Part shown: piece by piece, positions 36,896 through 47,672 of the stretch
Layout of the letters: every line of letters starts with the position of its first letter
Position numbering within the stretch: the first letter of the stretch is position 1
Assembly (NCBI GenBank): GCA_039586795.1
Contig: JBDHJS010000032.1
Span: 13,566-77,565 of the forward strand
DNA: 64,000 nucleotides
DNA from: Gemmatimonadota bacterium
GTDB taxonomy: Bacteria > Gemmatimonadota > Gemmatimonadetes > Palauibacterales > KS3-K002
Reading direction: 5' to 3'
Program-made: the position numbers and the translations under genes
The notes under the pieces: generated by a model
The model's input: only the letters and a program-made list of their open reading frames with translations
The model's database searches: none
Told to the model about the DNA's origin: nothing

Positions 36896-36929
36896 TGGCC
36901 GGCGGTCTCCCAGAGGAGGCCGCCGGCCA
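36896..36929 (-). terminator. Strong GC hairpin downstream of the S46 peptidase gene
   Basis: TGGCCGGCGGTCTCC-CAGA-GGAGGCCGCCGGCCA, a 15-bp stem with one non-Watson-Crick position; weak U tract. Confidence 0.6.
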
Positions 36930-36965
36930 CTATTAAATCGCGGTCGGTAGCGTGCCTTCGCTAGC

Positions 36966-39203
36966 CTACCGTCGGGCCGCGTCTGCCGCCTCCTCGGTCT
37001 CGACCATCTGGCCTGTCGTCAACTCCAGCACGATGCGGTCTGCATCGTAGATGTCATCCAACGCTTCGAGGATACCGCGGACGTCAACGGCGACCGAGCG
37101 ATTGACGCTAGTGTCATAGATATAGTCGCCGGGCAGGCTCTCAATGTTGCCATCGAAGATCAGGCCTACGACCTCGAGGTCCTTGTTGATCACCGGCGAA
37201 CCGGAGTTGCCGCCGATCACGTCGGAGGTCATGACGAAGTTGAGCGGCGTCGCCAGGTCGAATTCGGCGGGCGGCGACAGCCAGCGTGCCGGCAGGTCCC
37301 ACGGCGTGCCGGGACCGCCGTGCGAGTAATATCGATCGTACAGACCGTAGAAGGTCGTATAGATGGGCGCCAACGTTCCGTTATACTTGTAGCCCGTCAC
37401 CACACCATCGGCTATCCGAAGCGAGAACGTGGCGTCCGGCGGAATCGTGGTTCCGTACACGTCGAACCGGGCCCGCCCCAGCTTGGCGGAGATCGCCTCT
37501 TCCTGAGTGTTCAGCTGGCTCATCGCAGTCTGCATCTGGACCACGGGCTGGATGATCGCAGCGATCACCTGTACCGCGGGATCCTCCATCGTCAGCACAC
37601 CCGATTCGATGGCGTCGGCGGCCCGCGCCGAATCGGCCAGCACGGAGTGGGCTAGTAGATCCTCGGCCGCAGCCTCGGGAGTCCGTCCCTGCAGGATCTG
37701 CGACACGACCGCATCATCGGCGCCGAGGTAATCTTCAAGGTCCCTGAGCCGCGCTTCTAGTAGCCCCTTCTCCAGCGTCGGGTTCTTGTTCCCGATCGCC
37801 AGAAGTTGATCCCTGGCTGCTTGAGCTCCCTGGCCGAGATACTGATACGCGGCGAGAGCGCGTAGCATGGTGGCCGAGGTCCAGTTGGGACTGCCGATGG
37901 CGAAATAGGCGCCGAACTCCGGACCCAGCGCCGTCATCTGCTCTTGCGTCTCCGTCATCTGATCGAACAGGTCGCCGTATTCTGCACTGAGCGCCGGGTC
38001 CGCGTTTACGGCTTCACGGAATTGGCGTTCCGAGTCGGCGCGCCTGGCCATGTACTCCGAGTTGTACAGACCCTCCACCATCCCGCGGTAGGCCTTCTGG
38101 GAGTTCTCGAGGCTGAAGATCAAGTTGCGCGTGTCAGCCTCCTCCGCGCCTTCCGGATCGGCGTCGTAGTAAGCGCGCAGGGCCTCGAGGCGCGTATCGA
38201 TGAACCCGAGAATCGTCTTGTCGCCGACGACGCGACGGTAGTCGAGCTGTGATACGGTCTGCAGACGGCTGCTACCGCCCGGGTTCCCAATGACGAAGAC
38301 GGCGTCACCCTCTTCGACCCCCTCTTCGCTCCACGTGAAATACACGTCGCTCTGAAGCGGTGCGCCGTTCTCGTCGTAGATCCGATAGAACGACATGTCG
38401 AGGTTATAGCGTGGATAGGTGAAGTTGTCGGGGTCGCCACCGAAGAAACCGATCTGCAATTCGGGCGCGAGCACCAAACGCACGTCGGTGTAACGGCGAA
38501 ACACGTAGGCCGAGTACTTCGCCCCGTTCCACAGCGCGATCACCTGCACCAGATAGCCGGCCTCTTCACCGCCGCGCTCCACGGAGATGTTCTCGGCGAT
38601 CGAATCCTGCGAGGCCTCGATGGCCTGCGTCAGCGCCGCGTCGGTCGTGGCGCTGGCCGTGGCGGTCATCACCCGGTCGGTCACGTCGATGATCTCGATC
38701 AGCTGGTCGGCGGTCTGGCTCGATGTCCGCTCACTGTCGAGGCGCGTCGCGTAGAAGCCGTTGTCCAGCAGGTTCTCGCCCTCTCCGCTCACCTCGGTGA
38801 CACTGCCGCGAGCGCAGTGATGGTTGGTCATCACCAGGCCGTTGGGCGACACGAACGACGCCGAACAACCTTGAATTCGTAAGGCGCCGAGCCGCGCTTT
38901 CTCGAACCACTCTTCATCCGGATTGAAGCCGTATTCCTGGCTGAAATACTCGAGCGGCGCGTACTCGAATGTCCACATCCTGCCGTTATCGAACTTCCCA
39001 GCCTTCACATCTTCGGCTACGGTCGGGCTGGACGCTGGTGGTAGTGTCGCCTCGGGGGCTGCCGGCATCACTTGCGCCGCCGGCTCCGGGCTCGGGGCCG
39101 GCTCCGTGTCGCCACCGGACGTGGAGCTACAGCCGGTGGCCAACAGGAAGGCTGCGGCGGGCAGCAAGCGGCCCCAAAGGAACGGATGATTCGGGTTCTT
39201 CAT
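36966..39203 (-). CDS. S46 family dipeptidyl peptidase, lipoprotein
   Basis: ATGC lipobox, GRMW, TNHHC, FGGDPDNFTYPR, PDATFSLR, GGNSGSP and FDGN. Confidence 0.93.
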   Translation of the reverse strand: MKNPNHPFLWGRLLPAAAFLLATGCSSTSGGDTEPAPSPEPAAQVMPAAPEATLPPASSPTVAEDVKAGKFDNGRMWTFEYAPLEYFSQEYGFNPDEEWFEKARLGALRIQGCSASFVSPNGLVMTNHHCARGSVTEVSGEGENLLDNGFYATRLDSERTSSQTADQLIEIIDVTDRVMTATASATTDAALTQAIEASQDSIAENISVERGGEEAGYLVQVIALWNGAKYSAYVFRRYTDVRLVLAPELQIGFFGGDPDNFTYPRYNLDMSFYRIYDENGAPLQSDVYFTWSEEGVEEGDAVFVIGNPGGSSRLQTVSQLDYRRVVGDKTILGFIDTRLEALRAYYDADPEGAEEADTRNLIFSLENSQKAYRGMVEGLYNSEYMARRADSERQFREAVNADPALSAEYGDLFDQMTETQEQMTALGPEFGAYFAIGSPNWTSATMLRALAAYQYLGQGAQAARDQLLAIGNKNPTLEKGLLEARLRDLEDYLGADDAVVSQILQGRTPEAAAEDLLAHSVLADSARAADAIESGVLTMEDPAVQVIAAIIQPVVQMQTAMSQLNTQEEAISAKLGRARFDVYGTTIPPDATFSLRIADGVVTGYKYNGTLAPIYTTFYGLYDRYYSHGGPGTPWDLPARWLSPPAEFDLATPLNFVMTSDVIGGNSGSPVINKDLEVVGLIFDGNIESLPGDYIYDTSVNRSVAVDVRGILEALDDIYDADRIVLELTTGQMVETEEAADAARR

Positions 39204-39434
39204 GATTCTCGACTCGCGTTTCAGGTGTGCGATTCTGGATACCCTTATTTGGACGCGGAATGTGGTCAACCTGTTCCACCGGGGCAACATGCGTGCCGTG
39301 GACAGGAATGAAAGGGTGGTGGCCGCAAGCCGAAGCAGTGCCCCTTCGGGCGTCTCACGGCTAGCCTGAACTGGCGGAATGGCTCCTCCTCAGGTACAAT
39401 TCGTCGGTTTCAGCGCAATCCCAAGAGGAGAAAC

Positions 39435-42400
39435 TTGCCGAAGCGGGAAGACATAAAAAGCGTCCTGCTGCTGGGCAGCGGGCCGATCGTGATCGGACAG
39501 GCCTGCGAGTTCGACTATTCGGGCACGCAGGCCGTTCGCGCACTGAGGGAAGAGGGCTACCGGGTCATCCTGGTGAACTCGAACCCAGCCACGATCATGA
39601 CGGATCCGGACCTGGCCGACGCCACCTATATCGAGCCGCTCACCCCGGAGTGGGTCGAACGGGTGATCGAGAAAGAGCGGCCTGACGCACTATTGCCCAC
39701 CATGGGCGGCCAGGTGGGGCTCAATGTGTCCCTCGAGCTCTTCGATTCCGGCGTGCTCGAGAAGTACGGCGTCGAGCTGATCGGGGCGGATGCAAGAGCG
39801 ATCCGACTGGCCGAGAACCGGGAAGAATTCGCGGGGGCGATGAGGCGGATCGGGCTCGACGTCCCTCACGGCGGGTTCGCTCATTCGTTGCAGGAGGCGC
39901 AGGCGGTAGCGGAGAAGACGGGCTTTCCCGCCATCGTACGTCCCTCGTTTACGCTGGGCGGCACGGGCGGTGGCATCGCTTACAATCGCGAGGAATTCGA
40001 GCAGGTCGCACGCACCGGGCTGGACGCTTCGCCGGTCGGCGAAATCCTCATCGACAAGAGCGTCATCGGCTGGAAAGAGTTCGAGCTCGAGGTGATGCGC
40101 GATCACGCCGACAACGTGGTCATCGTTTGCTCGATTGAGAACTTCGACGCGATGGGCGTGCATACCGGCGACTCGATCACCGTCGCCCCGGCTATGACGC
40201 TCTCCGACGCCGAGTACCAGGTGCTCCGCGACGGCGCGATCGCCTGCATCCGAGAGATCGGGGTCGATGCAGGTGGCTGCAACATCCAGTTCGCCGTGAA
40301 TCCCGAGAACGGTGAAGTGATCGTGATCGAGATGAACCCGCGGGTCTCACGCTCATCAGCTCTGGCGTCCAAGGCCACGGGGTTCCCGATCGCCCGAATC
40401 GGTACGAAGCTGGCCGTCGGTTACCGCCTCGACGAGCTTCCCAACGCGATCACGCTGAAAACGCCTGCTTCTTTCGAGCCGGTGCTCGACTACGTCGTCG
40501 TCAAGATTCCTCGCTTCGCTTTCGAGAAGTTCCCCAAGGCGGATCCGACCCTGGGCGTTCAGATGAAAGCGGTGGGCGAGGTGATGGCGATTGGCCGGAC
40601 GTTCAAAGAAGCCTGGATGAAAGGATTCCGCTCGCTCGAGAACGGCCGCGCCGGCTGGACGATCGGCGAAACACCGGCCGACGATGGATTGCCGGACGAG
40701 GATCTCGAGTCGCTCATCTCGGCGTTGCGGCGGCCAACGGCCGATCGCGCGTTCCAGGTCAAGCGAGCCTTGCACGCGGGCTTCACGACGGAAGAGATCT
40801 TCGAAGCTAGTCATATCGATCCGTGGTTCATCGAGCAGCTGCGAGAGTTGGTCGACGCGGAGACATGGTACGCGTCGCTCGACGAACCGACGCGCGAAGC
40901 GACCTGGGAGCTGAAGCGGCTCGGATTCGGCGATCGCCACCTGGGTGAGGTACGCGACGAGAAGGAAGACGCGGTTCGCGAACGCCGCTGGGATTGGGAC
41001 ATTCACCCGTCGTATAAGATGGTAGATACATGCGCCGGGGAGTTTCCCGCCGCGACACCGTATCTGTACAGCACGTACGAGGAGGAGAACGAGTCCGTCG
41101 AGAGCAGTCGCCGCACGGTCGTCGTCCTGGGGAGCGGCCCCAATCGCATTGGGCAGGGCGTCGAGTTCGACTACTGCTGCGTCTCGGCCGCCTTCGCCCT
41201 GGCCGAGGAGGGGTTCGAGACGATCATGGTGAACTCGAACCCGGAGACAGTATCCACCGACTTCGACGTCAGCGACAAACTCTACTTCGAGCCGCTCACC
41301 CTAGAGGATGTGCTCGAGATCGTTCATCTTGAGAAGCCTGAAGGCGTCGTCGTGCAGAGCGATCATGGCGTGCCGATCCTGGGCACACCGGTCGACGCGA
41401 TCGACCGGGCTGAGGACCGCGAGCGATTTGAGGCGCTCGCTCGTGAGCTGAGCATAGATCAGCCGCCGAACGGTCTGGCGATGAGCGAGGAAGAGGCGCT
41501 CGAAGTCGCGGGAAGAATCGGCTATCCGGTGCTTGTGCGACCCAGCTACGTGCTGGGCGGACGGGCGATGGAGATCGTTTACGACGAGGAATCGCTCCGC
41601 AGCTACTTCGAGCGCGCGATTCGGGCTTCGCCTGAGCATCCCGTGCTCATCGACAGCTTTCTCGAAGACGCGTTCGAGGCCGACGTCGATGCGGTGTCGG
41701 ACGGCGAGAGTGTGCTGATCGGTGGCGTAATGCAGCACATCGAAGATGCGGGCATCCACTCGGGCGACTCCGCCTGTGTCGTTCCGCCCTATCTGCTGCG
41801 TGATGAGCACGTCGATCAGATGAAGCAGCACGCGCGCGCTCTGGCGCAGGCGCTCGGCGTTGTCGGCCTGATCAACGTGCAGTTCGCCGTGAAAGACGGG
41901 ACCGTCTATGTCCTGGAGGTCAATCCGCGGGCCAGCCGCACGATTCCGTTCCTCAGCAAGGCCACGGGGGTGCAGCTGGCACGGCTGGCCGCGCGCTTCA
42001 TGATCGGCCGCAAGCTAGCCGAGTTTGACTTGTCGACCAACGGCGACTTGCAGGGCGTCGCCGTGAAAGAGTCGGTCTTCCCGTTCGAGAAGCTCCCCGG
42101 AGTCGATGCATTGCTCGGGCCCGAGATGCGTTCGACGGGTGAGGTTATGGGGATAGCCGATTCTTTCGGGATGGCGATCGCCAAGGCGCAGGTCGCGGGC
42201 GGCAACCCACTGCCGCTTTCCGGACGCATCGTGGTTACGGTGCATGAGGAAGACAAGCCGAATGTGACGCCGATCGTCCGACGATTCCACGAGCTGGGAT
42301 TCGAGATTTGGGCGACGGGCGGAACCGCACGCTACCTTCGCGGGCGCGGGATACCGGCGCAGCCGGTCCTCAAAGTCCACGAGGGGCGCCCACACATCGT

Positions 42401-42632
42401 CGATCACTTAATATCTGGCGAGATCGCTCTGTTGATCAACACTCCGCTCGGCAAGCACGCCCAGTTCGATGATTACGCAATCCGGCGGGCGGCTATCCAG
42501 CACCGCGTCCCGTATACCACGACGCTCTCGGGTGCGTCGGCCCTCTGTGATGCGGTGATCGCACTGCGGCACCGGAAGCTTCAGGTGATGAGTCTGCAGG
42601 ATCGGGCTCAACGGGCGACGCCAGGGGTATAG
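39435..42632 (+). CDS. carB: Carbamoyl-phosphate synthase large subunit, with a short in-frame deletion
   Basis: [50 protein letters not shown] and MGS domain; GAGGAG RBS with TTG start. Confidence 0.97.
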   Translation: MPKREDIKSVLLLGSGPIVIGQACEFDYSGTQAVRALREEGYRVILVNSNPATIMTDPDLADATYIEPLTPEWVERVIEKERPDALLPTMGGQVGLNVSLELFDSGVLEKYGVELIGADARAIRLAENREEFAGAMRRIGLDVPHGGFAHSLQEAQAVAEKTGFPAIVRPSFTLGGTGGGIAYNREEFEQVARTGLDASPVGEILIDKSVIGWKEFELEVMRDHADNVVIVCSIENFDAMGVHTGDSITVAPAMTLSDAEYQVLRDGAIACIREIGVDAGGCNIQFAVNPENGEVIVIEMNPRVSRSSALASKATGFPIARIGTKLAVGYRLDELPNAITLKTPASFEPVLDYVVVKIPRFAFEKFPKADPTLGVQMKAVGEVMAIGRTFKEAWMKGFRSLENGRAGWTIGETPADDGLPDEDLESLISALRRPTADRAFQVKRALHAGFTTEEIFEASHIDPWFIEQLRELVDAETWYASLDEPTREATWELKRLGFGDRHLGEVRDEKEDAVRERRWDWDIHPSYKMVDTCAGEFPAATPYLYSTYEEENESVESSRRTVVVLGSGPNRIGQGVEFDYCCVSAAFALAEEGFETIMVNSNPETVSTDFDVSDKLYFEPLTLEDVLEIVHLEKPEGVVVQSDHGVPILGTPVDAIDRAEDRERFEALARELSIDQPPNGLAMSEEEALEVAGRIGYPVLVRPSYVLGGRAMEIVYDEESLRSYFERAIRASPEHPVLIDSFLEDAFEADVDAVSDGESVLIGGVMQHIEDAGIHSGDSACVVPPYLLRDEHVDQMKQHARALAQALGVVGLINVQFAVKDGTVYVLEVNPRASRTIPFLSKATGVQLARLAARFMIGRKLAEFDLSTNGDLQGVAVKESVFPFEKLPGVDALLGPEMRSTGEVMGIADSFGMAIAKAQVAGGNPLPLSGRIVVTVHEEDKPNVTPIVRRFHELGFEIWATGGTARYLRGRGIPAQPVLKVHEGRPHIVDHLISGEIALLINTPLGKHAQFDDYAIRRAAIQHRVPYTTTLSGASALCDAVIALRHRKLQVMSLQDRAQRATPGV

Positions 42633-42692
42633 AAGCGCACAGAGACAAGGCAGTGTTTGGAAGTCGCGTTATTGCGGAGGACTTTGACCGGC

Positions 42693-44627
42693 ATGACACA
42701 GCTGATCGGGCGAGTCGTCGGTACCGAGCGAAAGCCCAACACCACACATGAGTTCCACTTCTGGACCAATCTGGAAGCTCAGATTGGCATCGGCTCGATC
42801 GTCAAGGTCGTGGCGAATACGCAGACGGTATACGGCGTGGTGGTCGAGGGGTTCAGCTATTCCGATCTGATGTCACCGCTCCATGACTACATCGGCGCCG
42901 ACGCCGACCCGGAAGCCGAATCGCGTTCCGCGTCCCAGCGACCCGAGATCCGCCTCTACTCTGCCGCTGTGCTACGCCGCGAGCCTGAAGAACCGGTCCA
43001 ACCCGTCCCAATGGGCGCCGTCTTCCTGGCGGACGACCACGACGTCGTCGTCGGGTTGCGGATGGACACCTACGTCGGGGTCGAAGAGGAGACGGGTATC
43101 CCCCTCGGCCTCTACACGAGCGGCGGTCTGGAGGCGAAGGTCTATCTCGACGCCGATTTCTTGCTAGGCCCGGAAGCCGCTCACATGAACATCACGGGCG
43201 TGAGCGGTCTAGCCACAAAGACCAGCCTGGTCGAGTTCCTGCTGGCTTCGATCTTCGAGTACATGCCACCGGCCAAGGGATCGGTCGCTGCCGTCGCCTT
43301 CAACGTAAAAGGCCCCGATCTATTGTTCCTCGACCAGGCCGGCGAGCTGGACGAGAACGACCTTCGCATGTACGGACAGCTCGGCGTGCCAGCGCGACCA
43401 TTCGAGGTGGTACGGTACTACGCGCCGTACAAGGCAGACGGTTGGAACCTGAACACTCTTCGTACGCACCCGGACCTGGTCGACAACGTCGAGTCGCTGC
43501 GCTGGGGATTGAAAGAAGTGATGCAGTTTTCCGAGGTACTGCTCACTCGAGATGATCTGGATGCCAAGGCGGACGCGCTGGTCGATTTCATACGCGATCG
43601 CGTTCTCGATCAACAGTTCGGACCCAGCCTCGGGCACCTTGTCGCGCGCGAGCATACGGTGCGCACGTTCCGTGACCTCGAGGACTGGTTCGACGATGTA
43701 TTGGCCTTCTGCGAGATGAACGGGACCGACCGCTGGATGACGCATCATACGGCGACGATCCGCAAGGTGCGAAATCGTCTGAACGGTATCGTCAGTCGTG
43801 CGCACGGTCTCGTCGTAAACGATGATGCGGTCAACGATCTTCCGTGGGGTGAGTTCGAAGACCGATCTGTCTATGTCGTTGATGTGGCGAATGTCGAGCC
43901 GGAGGCCCAGGACCTGGTCTTCGCCAGGGTAGTCTCGAAGCTGCGCGAGGGGCTGGAGTCCGGGACGTTGGGCGTCAAGCACGTAGTCGTGCTTGCCGAT
44001 GAGCTGAACAAGTATGCGCCGTCGGATGGGCCCGACACCTATGTGCGAAAGATGCTCCTCGACATCAGCGAGCGCGGTCGATATCTGGGGCTGGTGCTGT
44101 TGGGCGCACAGCAGTTTCGCTCACAGGTGCATCGACGCGTCGTGGGCAATAGCGGTTCGTCTGTCTACGGGCGCATGGATATGGACGAACTGGCGACACC
44201 CGGTTACGCGGTGCTATCCCCGGCCACGAAGACCAAGCTGGCCAGTCTTCCCAAAGGCGACCTCATGGTTCGGCACCCCCACTTCACACAGCCGGTCTTT
44301 GTGCGCTTTCCAAGGCCGACCGTGATGCGCGGCCGAGATGGAATCGAGCGATTTCCGCCGCGCCAGGAGGTTCCGTTCGAGGATGCGATCGCGCTTGGCT
44401 TGAAGCGTCTCGACGGGAAGGTCAAGGCGAACGAGGTGAAAGATGCTATCGCGGGCCGCGATCGGGACGAGGTCTTACGGGCCTATCACCACACGGAGCG
44501 TGCGCGGCCAGACAATGCTATGCGCTTCTTCACGTCGCGCCTAAAGAGGAAGATGGTATCCGAGGTCGTTGATTCGACCCCACGGCCGGTACCGGTTCCC
44601 GACGATCCTTACGGAGGTGATCGGTAG
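42693..44627 (+). CDS. herA: HerA-family ATPase/DNA translocase
   Basis: N-terminal HAS-like barrel, variant Walker A GVSGLATKTS, FNVKG, Walker B VLADELNKYAP and ERGRYLG..AQQ. Confidence 0.85.
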   Translation: MTQLIGRVVGTERKPNTTHEFHFWTNLEAQIGIGSIVKVVANTQTVYGVVVEGFSYSDLMSPLHDYIGADADPEAESRSASQRPEIRLYSAAVLRREPEEPVQPVPMGAVFLADDHDVVVGLRMDTYVGVEEETGIPLGLYTSGGLEAKVYLDADFLLGPEAAHMNITGVSGLATKTSLVEFLLASIFEYMPPAKGSVAAVAFNVKGPDLLFLDQAGELDENDLRMYGQLGVPARPFEVVRYYAPYKADGWNLNTLRTHPDLVDNVESLRWGLKEVMQFSEVLLTRDDLDAKADALVDFIRDRVLDQQFGPSLGHLVAREHTVRTFRDLEDWFDDVLAFCEMNGTDRWMTHHTATIRKVRNRLNGIVSRAHGLVVNDDAVNDLPWGEFEDRSVYVVDVANVEPEAQDLVFARVVSKLREGLESGTLGVKHVVVLADELNKYAPSDGPDTYVRKMLLDISERGRYLGLVLLGAQQFRSQVHRRVVGNSGSSVYGRMDMDELATPGYAVLSPATKTKLASLPKGDLMVRHPHFTQPVFVRFPRPTVMRGRDGIERFPPRQEVPFEDAIALGLKRLDGKVKANEVKDAIAGRDRDEVLRAYHHTERARPDNAMRFFTSRLKRKMVSEVVDSTPRPVPVPDDPYGGDR

Positions 44628-44628
44628 C

Positions 44629-45516
44629 ATGAATCGCAGACGACTGTTCTCAGCCAGTCTCTGCCTGGTCATCGCCGGCTACGCACCGCCGGCTTATGCT
44701 CAGGAACCTGGCGGAGAAGCAACAGGACGTCGTGTATTTCTCCGGTTGGCCGCGGACTCGGGCGCTGTGGGGCACTTCAGGTTCACCGGCCAGGGACAGA
44801 GCCAGCTGGTGTTTGACATACCTCCCGATGACCCCAGGAACGAACTGCTTGCTTCCATCACGCAGCCGAAGACGATCACCCGGGATATCGCGGGGACGAT
44901 CGTATCCACGCCTGCTGAAGGTGACGACGAGCGTCGCTACCTGATCTACTGGCTCGGCTACCGGTTGGCAGGGATAGAGGAGGATCGCAGCCTCACGCCA
45001 ATACAGTGGGACAGCATTTTCCAGGCGGCCGGTCGCCGTGCTGAACTTCGGTTCACCGCTCGGGGACAACCCCGTGGCGTTCAGGTATCATCGGAAGCTG
45101 TGCGCCCCGTGGCGCAGTCGCTGGCGGACGTGTTGGCGGGGCTTGCGTTGGCGCTTCCAGCCGACTCGGTTGGACCGACCGATAGGTGGAGAGACGAGTT
45201 GGCCGTCCCCGTCGAAGGGCTGGACGGGTCGAAGAAGCTCGTCGTCGTGGAGGTGTCTTACCGACTAACTGAGTTGCAGGTGGAGCCCGGTGGAGTTAAG
45301 GCACATATCGAATTTGATGGCGCGCCAGTGCGCATCGGCGACGACTCTGGAGAGGTGACGGGAAAGTACTTTGGAGAGAGCGTCTTTTCGGTTGATGGTG
45401 GCAGATACGAGCAAGTGATGGCCATCGCCAACCTGGAGATAAAGTGGAAGGACAGCAGTGGGCTGCCACCCAGCCGAACCATTCTCGAATGGCGGGGGCA
45501 GCTGGTTCGCAGGTAG
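44629..45516 (+). CDS. Exported beta-rich hypothetical protein (DUF6263-like, tentative)
   Basis: Signal peptide ending AYA-Q and LPADSVGPTDRW motif; starts 1 nt after the herA stop. Confidence 0.7.
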   Translation: MNRRRLFSASLCLVIAGYAPPAYAQEPGGEATGRRVFLRLAADSGAVGHFRFTGQGQSQLVFDIPPDDPRNELLASITQPKTITRDIAGTIVSTPAEGDDERRYLIYWLGYRLAGIEEDRSLTPIQWDSIFQAAGRRAELRFTARGQPRGVQVSSEAVRPVAQSLADVLAGLALALPADSVGPTDRWRDELAVPVEGLDGSKKLVVVEVSYRLTELQVEPGGVKAHIEFDGAPVRIGDDSGEVTGKYFGESVFSVDGGRYEQVMAIANLEIKWKDSSGLPPSRTILEWRGQLVRR

Positions 45517-45572
45517 AGCACTTGTCGTTTTGGGCGCCGAAGTCGGGCTGGTCAGCTGTGTTCGCTCCTAAC

Positions 45573-46463
45573 ATGATTCGTTCTCTTCTTGTTGCGTTGC
45601 CGCAGCTCGCTTTCCTAGCGACCGCGTTGGCCACGGGTCAGGAACCGGCCTATCGTCTCCATCTCACGGAAGAAGTTGGGCAGATCAGTAGTTATCGTCT
45701 GGTGTTCGATCTGGAGATGCGGGCCGAGTATACCGGGGGCGGCGAACTGAGTAGCGCTACTCGACAGTTCATGGCAGCGCTTTCGGAAGGGATGAGAGTG
45801 CGGACGGCCGTTGAGTATGATGAACGTCTGGTGGCGGTGGAGGAAGATGGGGTGCGAACGTTCGATGTCCGTTGGCACGACTACAAATTCCAGGGCCTCA
45901 TCGGTGGAGAAGAGATACCAGAACCTCCAGGTCGCGCGGAAGCGACACGTGATCTGCTTGCGGCCAGCGCGGCGCGCGTGAAGACAACGCCTTCCGGCCG
46001 CACGATCGAAGTCGAGTACTCGAACCCACAGGTGGAGACGTTTGTTCGGCAATTCGAACAGGCAGGCATGCCAACCTACCTGCCGGAGACCGCCGTTGCC
46101 GTCGGCGACAGCTGGACTAGCCGCGCAAGTTTTCCGTTGGGGGCGGGCGCCGGGGCAGGGACGATGGAGCTCGATCTCGTCCACACGTTCACAGAACTAC
46201 GCCAGGGCCCGGATGGCCCGATCGTAGTAATCGAAATCGCCGGGTCGTACTCACAGCTTCAGGGTTTGGAGGATGTGGGGATAGGGGCGCCCCTACATAT
46301 GGACGCGCGCTTGACGGGCGTGTCTCTGTTTGACATTACCTGGGGGCGCTTCGTGGGTGGAGACTTCCAGCTAGATATGTTCGCCCTCAGCGCTTCAGAA
46401 GAAGTGGAGATTCAACTGACGGGACACGCCAACGGGAAACTCGAGCTCTTGAGCGGATCATGA
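45573..46463 (+). CDS. Exported beta-rich hypothetical protein, paralog of the preceding gene
   Basis: Signal peptide and LPETAVAVGDSW motif; ATGA overlap with sbcD. Confidence 0.7.
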   Translation: MIRSLLVALPQLAFLATALATGQEPAYRLHLTEEVGQISSYRLVFDLEMRAEYTGGGELSSATRQFMAALSEGMRVRTAVEYDERLVAVEEDGVRTFDVRWHDYKFQGLIGGEEIPEPPGRAEATRDLLAASAARVKTTPSGRTIEVEYSNPQVETFVRQFEQAGMPTYLPETAVAVGDSWTSRASFPLGAGAGAGTMELDLVHTFTELRQGPDGPIVVIEIAGSYSQLQGLEDVGIGAPLHMDARLTGVSLFDITWGRFVGGDFQLDMFALSASEEVEIQLTGHANGKLELLSGS

Positions 46464-47671
46464 AGCTCGTTCACGCCGCCGACCTACACCTCGGCTATCG
46501 CGCCTACCACCGGACGGATTCCCGGGGGATCAACATCCGGGAGGCGGATGTGGCGAGGGCGTTCCGCGAGCTGCTGGAACGCACAACCAGCATCGCGCCT
46601 GACCTGTTCATCGTGGCGGGTGATGTCTTTCACACGGTGCGCCCCTCGAACACCGCGATCGCCGACGCGTTTCGGCAACTCTCGCGGTTTTGCGCCGAGT
46701 CGGGTGGTACTCGGGTCATCATCATCGCGGGCAACCACGATTCTCCCAAAGCCGTCGAGACCGGCAGTATCCTCCGACTGTTCGACGAGATCGATGGCGT
46801 CAACGTCGTCCACCAGGATGGTCGCCGGCTGGTCTTCTCGGATCTGGATGCGTCCGTCTTGTGCCTTCCGCATAGCGAACTGGCCGGGGCCGGTGATCTG
46901 GCTATCGAACCAGGCGACCAAACTTCGAAGAACATTCTGGCTGCGCACGCCGAGATTGATGACGAGCGACTGAAGCTACTGACCGACTTTGGAGCAGCCA
47001 AGCTGGCACGCAACGCCATCGATCCGAAACAGTGGGGGTACGTTGGCCTCGGGCACTACCATGTGCGTACACAGTTGGCACCCAACATGTTTTACGCTGG
47101 GGCGATCGAAAGAACGAGCCTCGACATATGGGCGGAGGCCGATAACGCGAGAGTCGCAAAGCAAGACACCTGGAATAAGGCGGCATGGGGGAAGGGGTTC
47201 ATCGAGTTTGACCTCGAATCCGGCAAGGCGGAGTTCCACAAGCTCGACTGCCCCAGGCCCGTCCTCGACCTGGAGCCCGTCCTCTACCTGGATCAGTCGC
47301 CAGCCGAGCTCGATAGCGCGATCGAATCGGCACTCGCGACGGTGCACGCTGGGATCGCCGGGAAGATTATCAGGCTGCGTGTATTCAATGTGCCTCGCGA
47401 GCTCTACCGCGAGCTCGACCACAAACGGATACGTGAGTACAGAACCGAAGCGCTCCATTTCCACCTCGATGCTCGGCCGCCGCAAGTCGAACGTCGCGCC
47501 GGGTCCGGGGCGCCGGGACGCCGCATGACACTAAAAGAGGAACTCGAGTCGTTTCTGAAGGACCGCTTCAATCTGGAGTCGGGTGGCGTCGACAGAGAGG
47601 CGCTGATCGACCTGGGTCTTCGTTATCTGCACGAGGCCGAGGAGAGGGAGTCCCTGGAGGGAAGGGAGTGA
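46460..47671 (+). CDS. sbcD: Mre11/SbcD DNA repair nuclease
   Basis: Phosphoesterase motifs ADLHLG, AGDVFH, GNHD, AH and GHYH. Confidence 0.93.
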   Translation: MKLVHAADLHLGYRAYHRTDSRGINIREADVARAFRELLERTTSIAPDLFIVAGDVFHTVRPSNTAIADAFRQLSRFCAESGGTRVIIIAGNHDSPKAVETGSILRLFDEIDGVNVVHQDGRRLVFSDLDASVLCLPHSELAGAGDLAIEPGDQTSKNILAAHAEIDDERLKLLTDFGAAKLARNAIDPKQWGYVGLGHYHVRTQLAPNMFYAGAIERTSLDIWAEADNARVAKQDTWNKAAWGKGFIEFDLESGKAEFHKLDCPRPVLDLEPVLYLDQSPAELDSAIESALATVHAGIAGKIIRLRVFNVPRELYRELDHKRIREYRTEALHFHLDARPPQVERRAGSGAPGRRMTLKEELESFLKDRFNLESGGVDREALIDLGLRYLHEAEERESLEGRE

Positions 47672-47672
47672 C

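Noticed and set aside
39204..39434. Hairpins upstream of carB as a PyrR-type attenuator
   Set aside because: No PyrR-binding consensus or U-tailed terminator; only a possible TACAAT -10 box at 39395.
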